DNA of 64,000 bases from an uncultured virus (IMG/VR IMGVR_UViG_2718218029_000001) (taxonomy: Duplodnaviria; Heunggongvirae; Uroviricota; Caudoviricetes), in the IMG/VR virus record IMGVR_UViG_2718218029_000001, positions 1-64,000 of that record; one strand, written 5' to 3'. Shown here piece by piece: positions 42,595 through 55,726 of this stretch. A model generated the notes under the pieces. The model saw nothing but the letters and a program-made list of their open reading frames with translations. It did not search any database and was not told the DNA's origin. How positions within the stretch are numbered: the first letter of the stretch is position 1; each line of letters opens with the position of its first letter. The position numbers and the translations under genes were made by a program.

Positions 42595-42933
42595 TTAACT
42601 AAAGACAGCGATAATCATTTTGGTGACTAAATAAATAATTGCAATTACCATCATCCAACCAGTACTGCGCATAAATTCCCAGACATTAGTTTGTGCCTTT
42701 GCGTTTTTGGTAATAACTATGCTTTTTTTTAGTGAATCATCGCCTTTGATCAAACTATCTAAGGTAATGTCGAATAAATTGCTGATTTGCACTAAACGAT
42801 CAATATCGGGATAAGTACTTCCGACTTCCCACTTAGAAATGGCCTGACGAGAAACATTAAGCGTTTCTGCAAGATAATCTTGTGTCCACTGCCTTTTTTC
42901 TCGTTCTTCTTTTATCCTTTGCCCTAAAATCAT
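42595..42933 (-). CDS. XRE-family HTH regulator with C-terminal TM helix
   Basis: TQDYLAETLNVSRQAISKWE motif. Confidence 0.88.
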   Translation of the reverse strand: MILGQRIKEEREKRQWTQDYLAETLNVSRQAISKWEVGSTYPDIDRLVQISNLFDITLDSLIKGDDSLKKSIVITKNAKAQTNVWEFMRSTGWMMVIAIIYLVTKMIIAVFS

Positions 42934-43091
42934 AAACGTAACCTCACTTTCAATAGATTAATTATCATATTGAAGCGAGAAAAAAGCACGCTAATTATTA
43001 GCGCACTAAAAGCAACTACTGGTTGCGAAGAATATTCTGGTGTAAATAGGGGGCTAAATGATAGTTATAGACCCTAACAGGGAAACAAGAT

Positions 43092-43553
43092 TTATTTAAG
43101 AACTTTTCTCAAACGTATCATGTCCCTTAAAACAAGACCATTTTCAGTAATTTCTTTATCATAGTGAATTGTAAAGAAATTTTGATCAACACCAACAACG
43201 CGGAAATCACATTTTTGATAAAGATAAAGTTGTCCGAAGCTAGTTGTACCAGTTCCAATTTCAAGACACTTGTAATTATTGTTTCGCGCATATTTTTCGG
43301 CAAAAGTAAGAAGTTGATGCCCAATTCCTTTGTTTCTTTGTGTTGAAATTACGGCAATGTTCACAACTTCTAGTGTTTCGGGGTGTGTAGGTAAAAGAAT
43401 CAACACTCCTAATAATTCATTGTTATAGGTTGCCTCAAAACAAAAAGAACGGTTCAAATACTTACTTATTAATTTTTCATTAGGATCTGCTTCAAGTAAC
43501 AGTTTATAATGCTGTTCTGTTAGTTTATTTAGTGTTTCAATATTTAGATTCAT
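43092..43553 (-). CDS. GNAT acetyltransferase
   Basis: LLLEADP, NIAV..QRNKGIG, LYLYQK motifs. Confidence 0.88.
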   Translation of the reverse strand: MNLNIETLNKLTEQHYKLLLEADPNEKLISKYLNRSFCFEATYNNELLGVLILLPTHPETLEVVNIAVISTQRNKGIGHQLLTFAEKYARNNNYKCLEIGTGTTSFGQLYLYQKCDFRVVGVDQNFFTIHYDKEITENGLVLRDMIRLRKVLK

Positions 43554-43829
43554 CTTTTCTCCTAATGGGAATGTGCCAATTGTTCTAAATCCCTGTCTGA
43601 AAAACTGCTTAATTTTGTAATCATTGTAGCCCCCTTTTTCCTAAAACAAGTTTAATAAAAAATAGGAGAGGATTCGATTATCTAAAACTAGGAAATAATA
43701 TTAATTAATCATATACTTTCATTTTACGGACTGAATAAAAATAGTCCATTTTTTTTGTATAAGATCAATTCCTTATGAGTTCTGAAAGATACTAGATTTA
43801 TAGTATACTATGTCAAAAGGAGGAGTTAG

Positions 43830-44326
43830 ATGAACAATCAAATCACACTAGCGTATTTAGATTATGATGATCTAGATGCTTTACAAGTTGTAAGTGTTGT
43901 CACTTTTTATGAATCGTTTATCGATGGCGCAGATCCACTTGATATGCAAGTATATTTACAGACACAATTGACAACTGAAATATTGGCAGTAGAATTGGCA
44001 CAGCCAACCAGTAAATTTATTGGTATTAAGGATCATCAAATACTCATTGGTTATATGAAAGTCAATGATGAAAAAGATGCTATAGAGATTCAACGGATCT
44101 ATCTGCTCAAAGATTATCAAAACAAAAGGTTAGGGCAACGGTTACTCGATGAAGCGAATCGTTATGCTAAAACGAACAAAAACGTTATTTACGTTTGACT
44201 GTTTATGAAAAAAATTATGCAGGTATTCGTTTTTATGAACGTCATGGATTTAAAAAAATCGGGATCAAACATTTTCCTTTAGGAAAACAAGATCGTATTT
44301 GTCCGATTTTAGAAAAAGAAATCTAA
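43830..44326 (+). CDS. GNAT acetyltransferase (PaiA-like), frameshifted near 44180
   Basis: EIQRIYL..YQNKRLG; continuation LTVYEKN..GIRFYERHGF in another frame. Confidence 0.8.
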
Positions 44327-44586
44327 AAAAACATCCTCACTTTTGATGCTGAGGACGTTTTTTTTCTTGTGTTAATCCTTTTGACTTTCTAATTAGTGTA
44401 ATACGCGTTTCGTGACTCATACATTTTTCTCTCTTTCACTAATGATTTTATAAATAATCATAGATATATGCTAAAAGTTAACACGTCAGTAGTCCGACAA
44501 TTAGGCGACAGGTTACTGACAATACTTAGTTATCATGCAAAATTCTACCCGTCTGGGATAATCTCGAGACGGTTTAACCACAATAA

Positions 44587-44979
44587 TTAATTTTTGAAGT
44601 TTCTGATGAATTCAACAATATAGTCACTAAAACTTATTATTGAAAATCCAAGCAAGAGACCTAACATAGATAACTCATTTGATAAAAAGATCATACTAGG
44701 CACAATAAATAAAGCGCCAATCAAAATAACAATATTTTGTAAATTATACTTGATAAGAGAGTTAGATCGAGGTGTGTATTTTTGTTCATCGCGCATAAGT
44801 TCATCGAGTGGAATATTAAATAGATTGGAAATCATAATGATATTTTCTTTGTCAGGGTAACTTTTATTCCTTTCCCAATTTGATATAGCTTGATAGGAAA
44901 CGTGTAAAGACTTAGCTAAGTCAGATTGCGACATTTTGTTAGATTGACGTAAATGTTTTATTTTTTCACCTAATTGCAT
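44587..44979 (-). CDS. XRE-family HTH regulator with TM helices
   Basis: SQSDLAKSLHVSYQAISNWE motif. Confidence 0.85.
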   Translation of the reverse strand: MQLGEKIKHLRQSNKMSQSDLAKSLHVSYQAISNWERNKSYPDKENIIMISNLFNIPLDELMRDEQKYTPRSNSLIKYNLQNIVILIGALFIVPSMIFLSNELSMLGLLLGFSIISFSDYIVEFIRNFKN

Positions 44980-45077
44980 ATGATCAACTCCCATTGCTTA
45001 TATATTTAATACATAGGTTAGCAAATTTTAGCTTGATCAGTCCCTAAAGTATTACTTGAGTCTAATTAGGGCATGAG

Positions 45078-45668
45078 TTTACCCAAAATCAATTTGATCT
45101 AACATGGTTTCACGACTTGCTTGATCTAAACCAAAGATAAGTCAGCGTCATAGCCTCACTAGAATGATTTAATAAATGCATGACTAGACCAATGTTGTAA
45201 TTTGATTGCGTATAAACACGATAGGCGCCTGTTTTACGCATGGTATGTGTGCCCAGATAGTTGATGCCTAAGAGATCACCAACGCGTGCCATCACCTTGT
45301 AAAACTGCTTCTCAGTGATATGACGATCTGGATGGGCCGTTGAGGGAAATAACCAGTCTGAATTGATATTCTGTTGGATTAGCCAATCATGATATTGCAG
45401 CAAGTCTTGTTGCACGGGCTTTAGATACAATGTATTCGCTTTACCTGTCTTTTATCATGAATAAAGGCTGTATTTTTGACCGAACCATCAAGATTGTAGA
45501 CGTCTGATTTCTTTAACGTCATGACATCACTCACACGTAGTAGGGTAGCTTGCCAACTTGAAAGATGGTGTAGTTACGACGACCAGCCCGAAAACTATCT
45601 AGTAAGGTATCTTGAACCATCTTTAAAACATTTGAGTCTTTGATCGGGAGTACGATTTGTTGAACCAT
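45078..45668 (-). pseudogene. Second tyrosine recombinase paralog, multiply frameshifted
   Basis: MVQQIVLPIKDS.. and GTHTMRKTG, LNHSS motifs; similar to 40548-41144. Confidence 0.8.
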
Positions 45669-45675
45669 AGTTAGA

Positions 45676-46509
45676 TTACCACCTTTCAAAGGTCACTTTA
45701 TTGTTAGTTAAATGAGCTAGTATTTGTATCTTTTTATATAATGCATCTTTAGAAAAATTAACGTAGACATGATATTTACTTGAGTCTATAGCTTTAGTTA
45801 ATTTAGTACCTTTCCCTGAGACGCGCTCTAGCGTCCCTAGTATTTGTACAGTATTTGGTTCAGTCGAATTTATTAAGTCCGTTAATTTAGCTATATCTGA
45901 TGACAGAACAAGTGTAGATACTAATTTAGTAAAGACGTCTCGGTAAGAGCTTCCTGTATAATGCTGTCCACCAAATAAAATCGATATAGTATCGTTGTTT
46001 GGAGTAGGGTCCACCCTATCAAATTTGGTATCATCACTAGCAAATAAGTTAATATTTGCGATATCTATCAAGACCCGTTCAACTTTCGATAACAATGATA
46101 AGGCAGAAAATTGGCTTAATTTATCAATATAGCTCTGATTACCTTGGGTATTATTATTATCTAGTTCGATTTCTGCTCGTTTCATTTTTTCAATTATTTT
46201 GCGTTCTAGCAGATCTAACTGTGCTTTTGATAAATGGCCATCTTCACGGCCAAAAAATATTAATTTATTCCACCAAGGCTTATTAATATAATGTTGCTGC
46301 AACCGATTAAAAATAGCATTTGATGCTTGACCTATATATCATTTATCATCACCTAACAATATATAGACACCAGGTTTTTTAGACTCATCAATCAACTGAA
46401 TGCTAGTTAGATCATCTTTATTCGCAATGACCACAAATGATGGTTCGTCATAGAATATTGAAATATTATCATTCCCGGACTCTCGATTGATAAATATGTG
46501 ATTGGGCAT
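45676..46509 (-). pseudogene. GIY-YIG nuclease-domain protein with an in-frame stop
   Basis: KKPGVYILLGDDK*YIGQAS..NRLQQH..KPWW; TGA at 46339-46341. Confidence 0.7.
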
Positions 46510-47736
46510 GTGATCATCGACCTCGTTTTTTAAGCACTATTATATCACCTAACAAAAAAACAGCCCCCATTATCTACTAGTCAGATAATGGGGGCTGTTT
46601 TAATAGTCTTTTCGAGGGGTCATTGAGTGACTTATAGACCCTAATTTTAGAGGAAGCCTTAAAACTGAATGTAAAACATTTTGACTACTCAAAATCTTTA
46701 AGACACTAGCAACCAAAAATACCAATTAAAATAATCATATATTTAAGCTTTCAAGTTTATTTGGGTTATTGATAAGCAGCTAATTTTCTGCTTACACGTC
46801 TATACTCAGTAGGAGTTTGTTGAAATTTTTTTTTAAATTGTTTAATGAAATATGTGTCAAGAAAATCCTACTGCATAAGCTATTTCATTTAAGCTAATCC
46901 CAGTATGCGTCAGCAAATTTTTTGCAATTTTTAGCCTATATAAGAGAAGATATTGCATTGCCGTACACCCATACTTTTCTCTAAAGCACCTATTCAAGGT
47001 ATCACGGTTTGAAAATGAGTTGGCTGTCAGATCATTTAATGTAATCTGTTGAGAATAATTAGTATAAAATAATCTAAAGCTTTATTTAAAGGTAATTCAT
47101 TATCCGCTTTTATTAAATCATCTCTACTAGTGAAAGTAATACAATTAGGTTCTTCTTAATCCTGCAAACCCAAAGCCTATCACTTTGTACTAAAACTTCA
47201 CTTCCAGCTACAAAAAATTTTTCAATGATTTTCGGATAAACCTCAGAAGTCAGTTTGTATGCTCCGCTTTTTTTTCTTACATTATCTCGTTTGAAAAGTT
47301 GCATTCCAACTTTGATACTGGAATTTTGGGATTTCACATAGTGTTTATCAGAAATTCTTAAAGTACGTAAAAAATCTTCGTCAAATTGAATAGTTGGTGC
47401 TACAACGTTTGCTTTTGGCTAACTAATAATTGGTCTTGATTCGTCAGACATAGAAGATAAGGAGCTTTAATTCGGATAGGGATTCCGTTAATGCACCAGA
47501 GAAAGCACCTGAGGTTATTAAGGTAAGCGTGTATTTATTTTTATGTGTCAGGTCTTTAAGACACTGTTAGGTATAAAATCAATTGACGATTCTATCTTTA
47601 AAATGATCCTTTTGTGACATGATTAGGCCTCCTATTTTCAAATAGTATAGTTAATATCTTCTTATTATGCATTATACTGCATTGTTTTTCGAGCTATACT
47701 TTTTGTGTAATGAAAATGAATAAGGGGGTATTCTCT

Positions 47737-48736
<1,000 letters not shown>

Positions 48737-48814
48737 TAATACAAGAGCAACATCTGAATTAAATACCCCATAATTGTTAGACAGATAAACTAACGGTTAT
48801 GGGGTATTTGTATA

Positions 48815-49159
48815 TTATAGTCCCTAAAGGTTTCTTAACTAAAGACAGCGATAATCATTTTGGTGACTAAATAAATAATTGCAATTACCATCATCCAACC
48901 AGTACTGCGCATAAATTCCCAGACATTAGTTTGTGCCTTTGCGTTTTTGGTAATAACTATGCTTTTTTTTAGTGAATCATCGCCCTTGATCAAACTATCT
49001 AAGGTAATGTCGAATAAATTGCTAATTTGCACTAAACGATCAATATCGGGATAAGTACTTCCGACTTCCCACTTAGAAATGGCCTGACGAGAAACATTAA
49101 GCGTTTCTGCAAGATAATCTTGTGTCCACTGCCTTTTTTCTCGTTCTTCTTTTATCCTT
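48815..49159 (-). repeat. Near-identical duplicate of the XRE-HTH cassette 42575-42919, 5'-truncated
   Basis: Sequence identity starts at the repeated site. Confidence 0.9.
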
Positions 49160-49306
49160 ATCGAGCCAAAACAGCCACTATCCTTAAAATCTCCACGATA
49201 GATATATATCATATGTTTGAGAGACGTGTTCTAAGCCCTCGTTCAGTGTTCACCTTGATTAACTATGTTAATATAAACGTATACTAACGTAAAAGGGTGA
49301 CGTAAA

Positions 49307-49392
49307 ATGGCAAATAAGACAATATCTTCAATAGCTAAAGATTTGAATATATCACGTGCAAGGGTTTATCAAATATTGACATGCTTGATGAC
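49307..49392 (+). CDS. N-terminal HTH of the DUF536-like protein (continues at 37776 if circular)
   Basis: MANKTISSIAKDLNISRARVYQI runs into the N at 49393. Confidence 0.65.
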
Positions 49393-49481
49393 ANTCAGTT
49401 TCTAGCATGGCTAATGGGTGTGCTAAGCCCTGAAGCGGTATTAGATAAAATTGGTTTTCAAGAAAAGGTGCGTGAATAAAT

Positions 49482-49799
49482 ATGAAATTCAGATATACAG
49501 AAGAAGTTTTAAACAGTTCAAATTGGATAGATGGTAATGGTGAGGTTCATTGTCCGGAAGAAATGTCAAATGAATATCTACACAGCGTTTTGCGATACAT
49601 CTATCGGTCACGTGACCGGTATTGGTTGAACTGCCGGCAAATTAATGTAATCGAAAATTTTGTGAATGGCGATGAGTTTTTCCATAAGGTTATTCGTACT
49701 TCAACTCTTTGGAAAACTATTATTAACCAGCTTAAAACCGAAAAAATTGGTTTTAATTTTGATTGGGAAACTGGTAGTCAAGAAACGTGCGAGTACTAG
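49482..49799 (+). CDS. Phage hypothetical protein
   Basis: ORF with SD in the early region. Confidence 0.6.
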   Translation: MKFRYTEEVLNSSNWIDGNGEVHCPEEMSNEYLHSVLRYIYRSRDRYWLNCRQINVIENFVNGDEFFHKVIRTSTLWKTIINQLKTEKIGFNFDWETGSQETCEY

Positions 49800-49902
49800 C
49801 TATGATTCCAGGATATGATGAATGGCTAGTGCCTCCGGAAGATGATGAGCGGCCTACTAAGGAAGAATTAATTGAATTAGGTGTGATTGGAGATGATGAA
49901 GA

Positions 49903-50382
49903 ATGAACTTATACGAAATGGCGACCAACTATCGCGACTTAACCAACCGTGATGATCTGAACCCAGATACCATTGCTGATACGCTCGATGCATTAACTGA
50001 CTCGATGAACGTGAAGGTCGATAACATTGCAAGCTGGATAGATGAGAACCAAGCGAATATTGATTTCTTGGATAAAAAAATGAAATTGTTCCGTGAAGAA
50101 AAGCAACGGTTAAAGAACTTGAACGGCCGGCTAAACCATTACGTCGCGGACACACTTGATCAGGCTGAAATTAAGAAACTAACCACTGACCAACACATTG
50201 TTTCAGTTCGAAATTATCGTGCGTCCACGGTGGTGAGTGAACCGGATAAACTCACAGCTGATTTTGTAAAAGAAATTCACGAATACCAGCCGGATAAGGC
50301 GGCAATCTATAAAGCTTTGTCAGCTGGCAAGAACGTTCCCGGCGCCCATCTGGAACCGAATCGGAAGGCAGTTATTAAATAA
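49903..50382 (+). CDS. Siphovirus Gp157-family protein
   Basis: MNLYE..DTLDAL..PDKAAIYKAL..VPGAHL pattern. Confidence 0.85.
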   Translation: MNLYEMATNYRDLTNRDDLNPDTIADTLDALTDSMNVKVDNIASWIDENQANIDFLDKKMKLFREEKQRLKNLNGRLNHYVADTLDQAEIKKLTTDQHIVSVRNYRASTVVSEPDKLTADFVKEIHEYQPDKAAIYKALSAGKNVPGAHLEPNRKAVIK

Positions 50383-50415
50383 TGCAACACACAGTGCGGA
50401 AAGGGGTGATTAGGG

Positions 50416-51793
50416 ATGTTTAAACTACGAGATTACCAGCAGGAAGCAGTGGATGCAGTTTATGATTCAACAATCCACGGGCATAAAGCCATTGTGGTTC
50501 AGTCCCCTCCCTCGAACCGGTAAAACAGTTTTAATGGCCGATATTGCACGCAGGGCAACGGCTAAAGGTAACCGGGTACTATTTATCGTTCATCGCCGTG
50601 AAATTCTAGAGCAGGCCGAGAACACGTTTAAAAGTGATGACGTTAACATGTCACTTTGCAAGATGGGTATGGTTCAGACCATTACCCGGCATATTGATGA
50701 GTTAACCAAACCAGCCATCATCATGATTGATGAAGCTCATCATGCACTGTCGAAGTCCTACCAGCGAATAATTCAAGCGTTTCCTGACGCGCTCAAATTG
50801 TTGTTCACTGCGACACCGTGGCGGATGGACGGCAAGGGCTTAAACGGGATTGCTGATGACCTAATTATGGGTAAGCCTATTAGTGAATTAATCAACCAAG
50901 GATTCCTAGCACCAGTTGACTATTACGCGCCGTCGGAAATTGACGTGACCCAACTTAGAACCAAACGCAATGGTGAATTTGATGAAGCTAGTATTGATCA
51001 AGCCGTGAAGCCAAAAATCTACGGCAACGCAGTCCGGCATTATTTGAAACTAGCACCAGGTAAGCAAGCTATTGCTTATGCGTACAATGTGGCGAGTGCC
51101 GAACGGTTAGCGGAGGCATTCAACCAAGCGGGCATAACGGCGCGCGCAGTGTCCGGAAAGACGGATAGAGCGGCACGTAAGCGAATTGTAGCGGATTATC
51201 GCGCCGGTAAGATTCAGGTGGTCACCAATGCGGAATTGTTCACAGAGGGCTTAGACTTGCCGAACGTCGACTGTGTAATCATGCTACGCCCAACGCAGTC
51301 ACTATCACTTTATTTACAGTTTGCCATGCGGTCAATGAATCCGCGTGAAGGTAAGCGGGCCATCATTATTGACCACGTTAACAACGTTGAACGGTTTGGA
51401 TTACCAACCATTGACCGGCAATGGATTCTTGGTGGCCGGGACAAGCACTCTAAGAGTAGTAATGGTACGCCCATTAAATCGGTTTCGGTTTGTCCGGAGT
51501 GCTTCGCAACCTTTTACCGCAAAGGTGAGACCTGTCCGTTTTGCGGTGCCGAACTAGGCGAAGAAAAGGTTATTGAGACCGACGAGTCCATCAAGCTTAA
51601 AAAGATAGAGGCTAACAAGCGGTTGGCATTAGCCAAAGAGATTGCAGAAAACAACGCTGCTAAAGCAGTAGCCGATAAGACGCCGGGAGAGTTAACCACG
51701 TACGCGGAGATTAAGGCCTATGCGAAACTGCATTCGTATAAACCGGGGTGGGTTTATTTTCAAGCAAAGACAAGGGGACTGATTAGAAAGTGA
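50416..51793 (+). CDS. SF2 DEAH helicase (+1 frameshift near 50510)
   Basis: LRDYQ Q-motif upstream, RTGKT, DEAHH, TATP, C-terminal Zn finger. Confidence 0.9.
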
Positions 51794-52011
51794 AAACAAG
51801 AATCCGAGAGTTACGCCGGTTCTATGGATACAATCAGACTGAATTAGCACGGTCAATTGGTAAGACAATGCAAGCAGTTAGCAAATATGAATTGGATCAA
51901 GTCGAACCAAACATTGCCACACTAATTAAGATGGCAAACCTATTTAATGTCACAATCGATTATTTAGTAAAAAGGAGTGATTACATCAATGTCAATTCTA
52001 CCAAAGAATGA
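51790..52011 (+). CDS. XRE-family HTH protein
   Basis: NQTELARSIGKTMQAVSKYE motif. Confidence 0.85.
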   Translation: MKTRIRELRRFYGYNQTELARSIGKTMQAVSKYELDQVEPNIATLIKMANLFNVTIDYLVKRSDYINVNSTKE

Positions 52012-52705
52012 ACCCCATAAACCAGCCGGCACCCCACGAAACTTCTTTATCTGGGGCGCCACGATGAGCGGTAAGAGTTACCTAGCTGAACATTTTCCAA
52101 ATGTATTAGTCTTGAATACTGATGGAAATAGCGCCATGGGAACGCGTCCAAGCATTCAATTACGAAACGTGCGCAACCCTGATGGCAGTTTGAAGAGTAG
52201 TGTCATTGATCAGTTACAAGAAGTAATTTTGGAGTTAGGAACTACCCAAAACACGTACGAGACGGTGACGCTAGATGTTATCGATGATGTTTGCCAGCTG
52301 ATTGAACAGGCAATTTGCCTAAAAGCGGGGGTCGAATCGTTAGCAGACATGGGGTATGGCCGAGGATATGCATTGTTCAATACTGTGCTTCAAAGTCTGG
52401 TAATGGATCTCAAGGCATTACCAATCAACGTCGTTTACATTAGTCGTGAGAATGACTTTACAGATGATGATGGTAATACCAAGACAGTTCCGTCACTCAA
52501 AACTAAGTATTACAACGTGGTCAACGGGAATTGTGACTTGGTTATCCATACTCAACACGTTGGCAAGAACTATTTACGAAACGTGACAGAAATTCGTCGC
52601 CGGTATAAAGCCAGTGAAATTAATGATTTAAAAATTCTCAGTATTTTGAAAGCTATTCCGAATGCATTAGCACAGGAAGTACAAACAACGAAAGCAGGTA
52701 AATAA
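51989..52705 (+). CDS. Phage AAA NTP-binding protein (Sak4-like)
   Basis: GATMSGKS Walker A; position before the SSB-like gene. Confidence 0.8.
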   Translation: MSILPKNEPHKPAGTPRNFFIWGATMSGKSYLAEHFPNVLVLNTDGNSAMGTRPSIQLRNVRNPDGSLKSSVIDQLQEVILELGTTQNTYETVTLDVIDDVCQLIEQAICLKAGVESLADMGYGRGYALFNTVLQSLVMDLKALPINVVYISRENDFTDDDGNTKTVPSLKTKYYNVVNGNCDLVIHTQHVGKNYLRNVTEIRRRYKASEINDLKILSILKAIPNALAQEVQTTKAGK

Positions 52706-52707
52706 AT

Positions 52708-53331
52708 ATGAGCTTATTAGATATTGCGGCAAACACTTTAGATAACTTTGATCCAAAGAACGATTCAGTCAACGCAGGTAGTACAGGGTTACCAGATGGA
52801 GACTACTTAACTGCTGTGGAAAGCATCGAACATCGATCATTCGATTCAGGTTGGGATTGCTTACAGATCGTGTTCACGGTTCTTGATGGTGACCACGCTG
52901 GTGAAAAAGAGTACGATCGCATTAGTTTTGCCACTAAGAGTAAAGCAGGAAAGGCGATTCCAGATTTCATTCTTAGTCGGAGTATTAAGTTTGTCATCAA
53001 GCTAGGTTCGCTACTAGGCATTGAGATGAAGCCAGAATACTTTGCCAGTGAGAATGAAACTGACACACACGAAATGCTGGCTAATGTACTTGCACCAGAA
53101 AAAGGTAAGTCGGTGATTTTACATGTCAAGCATCGGCCGAACAAGAAGGATCCCGACAACCCCTACGTTGAATATGACTTAGATGCAACTGAACAGCCTG
53201 AAACTGCAGACATCACGGATGCAGACTTACCTGGCGACTTAGGTGGTGCGCCAATGCCAACAGATGCGGATGCACCACTACCAACAGATGCAGACGCACC
53301 AGCAGAACCAACAAATGAAGCACCATTCTAA
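52708..53331 (+). CDS. Phage single-stranded DNA-binding-like protein (DUF669-like)
   Basis: LPDGDY motif; acidic tail ending APF. Confidence 0.7.
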   Translation: MSLLDIAANTLDNFDPKNDSVNAGSTGLPDGDYLTAVESIEHRSFDSGWDCLQIVFTVLDGDHAGEKEYDRISFATKSKAGKAIPDFILSRSIKFVIKLGSLLGIEMKPEYFASENETDTHEMLANVLAPEKGKSVILHVKHRPNKKDPDNPYVEYDLDATEQPETADITDADLPGDLGGAPMPTDADAPLPTDADAPAEPTNEAPF

Positions 53332-53401
53332 AGTAATAATGCAGTGCCATTAGACCACCGTGCGGGTGTAATGCCCGTTAATTAATAGAAGGAGGCCGGT
53401 C

Positions 53402-54196
53402 ATGCGTAATTTAGTTAATTATGCAGTTAGATACGCCAAAGCAGGGTTCAGCGTCCTGCCAATGATTGGCAAGAAACCGATGATTAAGTTCGCTGACCAG
53501 CCCGCCTTGACTGTTGATCAGATCCAAAGTTATTGGCGATCACACCCGTACGCACAATTAGCGCTACGGACAACTAATTTTTTTGTGATTGACATTGACG
53601 AGCATCCCGGCGGTGCGGACGGTTTTCAATCGTTCAAAGACTATGAGCACCCAGAGTATTTCCGTGAAACGTTATCCCAGAAGACAGCGGGCGGCGGCCG
53701 GCAACTATTTTATCTAAAGCGTGAAGATAGCACTGTTCAGCAGAATATCGGATGGCTACCGGGAATTGATATTAAGGCTCACGTTAACAATTATGTGATG
53801 GTCGCACCCAGTGAGCGGAATGGTAAGGCGTATCAATGGGAGAATCGCAATCCGATTGCTACGGGCACAGCAGAGTTAGTAGCAGCCATCAATGCCAAGG
53901 CAGCTACGGCAGAAGTAGACCTTAGCGGGTTGAAAACTGATTATTCAAAAAAGTCTGGCACCGCTGAGCTGTTTGAAACAGTTGTGGCCGGGCTTGGAGA
54001 TACTGGTGGACGTAATAATGCACTGGCAAGTTTCGCCGGTGGATTATTATTCCGAGGTGTTGATCCGCGAGCAGTTATCCAGCTAGGCTTACTGGCAAAT
54101 GCAAACACGGACGATTCACTGACTCAGCGAGAAGCCAAGACAACGATTGAGTCGATGATTAAGAAAGAAATTAGACGAAGGGAGGCTAACCAGTGA
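53402..54196 (+). CDS. Bifunctional primase-polymerase
   Basis: VIDID, TAGGG, GIDIK, VAPS, GGRNN motifs. Confidence 0.9.
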   Translation: MRNLVNYAVRYAKAGFSVLPMIGKKPMIKFADQPALTVDQIQSYWRSHPYAQLALRTTNFFVIDIDEHPGGADGFQSFKDYEHPEYFRETLSQKTAGGGRQLFYLKREDSTVQQNIGWLPGIDIKAHVNNYVMVAPSERNGKAYQWENRNPIATGTAELVAAINAKAATAEVDLSGLKTDYSKKSGTAELFETVVAGLGDTGGRNNALASFAGGLLFRGVDPRAVIQLGLLANANTDDSLTQREAKTTIESMIKKEIRRREANQ

Positions 54197-55467
54197 GTGC
54201 AGAGGAAGAGGCGGACAAGCTACGCAAGTTAGAGGAACAGCAGAAAGTTGTACCGCTGAAAAATAAAATTAATTTTATGGAAACGGCTAAAGGTGGCATC
54301 AAGGCGAACTCATTGGAAAATGTTTGTCTGATATTAGAACATGACCCGCTTCTTAAAGGCAAGTTCGCGTATAACGAATTTAGTTACGAAACTGAGTTCA
54401 TGGAAGATTCAGCCGAGCTAATGTTGGAACATGGACCACTGCAAGATGAGTTCACACCAGCAGTACAACGTTACATCGAACGTAAGTATAAAGTCATGTT
54501 TACGCCAAAGTTAATTGATGCGGCAGTTACCGAAGTGTCACGACGTAACGTATTCAATCCAGTTATTAATTATCTGAACGAATGTTACAAAAAATGGGAC
54601 GGCGTTACTAGGGTGGCTGACTTCTTGCCGGTCTATCTCGGCGTTGAAAAATCACCAGTTACAACATTACAGACCAAGCTATTCTTTGTCGGCGCAGTAG
54701 CCAAAGTATTCAAGCCAGAAACTAAATTTGATTTCGTTTTGGATTTAGTGGGTGGTCAAGGAACTGGTAAGACCACCTTGCTTAAGCGTATGTCAAATGG
54801 CTGGTATACCGACCAATTCACTGACTTTGAAAACAAAGACAACTATGGCAATATGATGCGGGCTTGGATCGTGAACGATGATGAAATGACCGCGACTAGT
54901 CATAGTAGCTTTGAAATCTTGAAAAAGTTTATCTCAGCTGAAATTGTTGAATACCGGCCAGCATATGGTCGCTATACCGTCCGGCGATACAAAAACTTCG
55001 TCATGGCCCGAACGACCAATGAAGTGACTTATCTGAAGGATAAAACCGGTGAGCGGCGTTTTATGCCGGTGATGGTCAATTCGATGTTACAGAAAAAATC
55101 ACCAATCAATGAGTTACCACAAAAAACGATTGATCAATTATGGGGTGAGTTCGCCAGCTATTATCGTGACGGTTTCCGGTTTGGGTTAACACAGGAGCAG
55201 GAGCAGATGATGGCGGATAACCGCGAGCAATTTATGTACATCGACGCCGAAGAGGACGCTATCGAACAATCACTAGCTCAAATTAAGGGTGATTTCGTTA
55301 CGAGTTCTGAGATTGCATTCAAGATGGGTGTTCCGGATATTGTTAAAAATCGAAAATTAGCCAATAAAATTAAGTACGTCATGGACAATAAAAAGGAATG
55401 GCACGCGACACAACGACGGATTAAGGGTGTTCCAAAACGTGGATACACCCGAGTGAAGTCAGAGTAG
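54193..55467 (+). CDS. VapE-family helicase
   Basis: GGQGTGKTT, TTN..YLKDKTGERRF motifs. Confidence 0.88.
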   Translation: MSAEEEADKLRKLEEQQKVVPLKNKINFMETAKGGIKANSLENVCLILEHDPLLKGKFAYNEFSYETEFMEDSAELMLEHGPLQDEFTPAVQRYIERKYKVMFTPKLIDAAVTEVSRRNVFNPVINYLNECYKKWDGVTRVADFLPVYLGVEKSPVTTLQTKLFFVGAVAKVFKPETKFDFVLDLVGGQGTGKTTLLKRMSNGWYTDQFTDFENKDNYGNMMRAWIVNDDEMTATSHSSFEILKKFISAEIVEYRPAYGRYTVRRYKNFVMARTTNEVTYLKDKTGERRFMPVMVNSMLQKKSPINELPQKTIDQLWGEFASYYRDGFRFGLTQEQEQMMADNREQFMYIDAEEDAIEQSLAQIKGDFVTSSEIAFKMGVPDIVKNRKLANKIKYVMDNKKEWHATQRRIKGVPKRGYTRVKSE

Positions 55468-55715
55468 TCATAGTGTAGCAAGTATAGAGACTACGCCCGA
55501 GCCTTACGGCCCCAACGTATACATTAATATGTATACTCTACTTATATATATTTATATATATATATATTATTTTATATAGGGTATAGGGAATAGGGGTACA
55601 CGACGGTGTGTGTTGGAAAAGTTGAAAACAAGTGACTACATGACTACACCTCGGTTAACTCGTTGGGACATAAGGGATAAGACGTATTCGGTTAGTTGAA
55701 GTGTAGTCACTAATT
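55468..55715. other. Putative phage replication origin
   Basis: Intergenic (TA)n tract with GACTAC/GTAGTC repeats, directly after the primase and helicase genes. Confidence 0.55.
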
Positions 55716-55726
55716 GAGGTGACACA

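Noticed and set aside
44480..44525. Second yjdF-like motif
   Set aside because: Matching words are in mixed orientation and there is no yjdF gene; it is just a local hairpin
46700..47600. Degraded AT-rich ORF remnant(s)
   Set aside because: Multiple stops and no recognisable family; cannot be assigned from sequence alone
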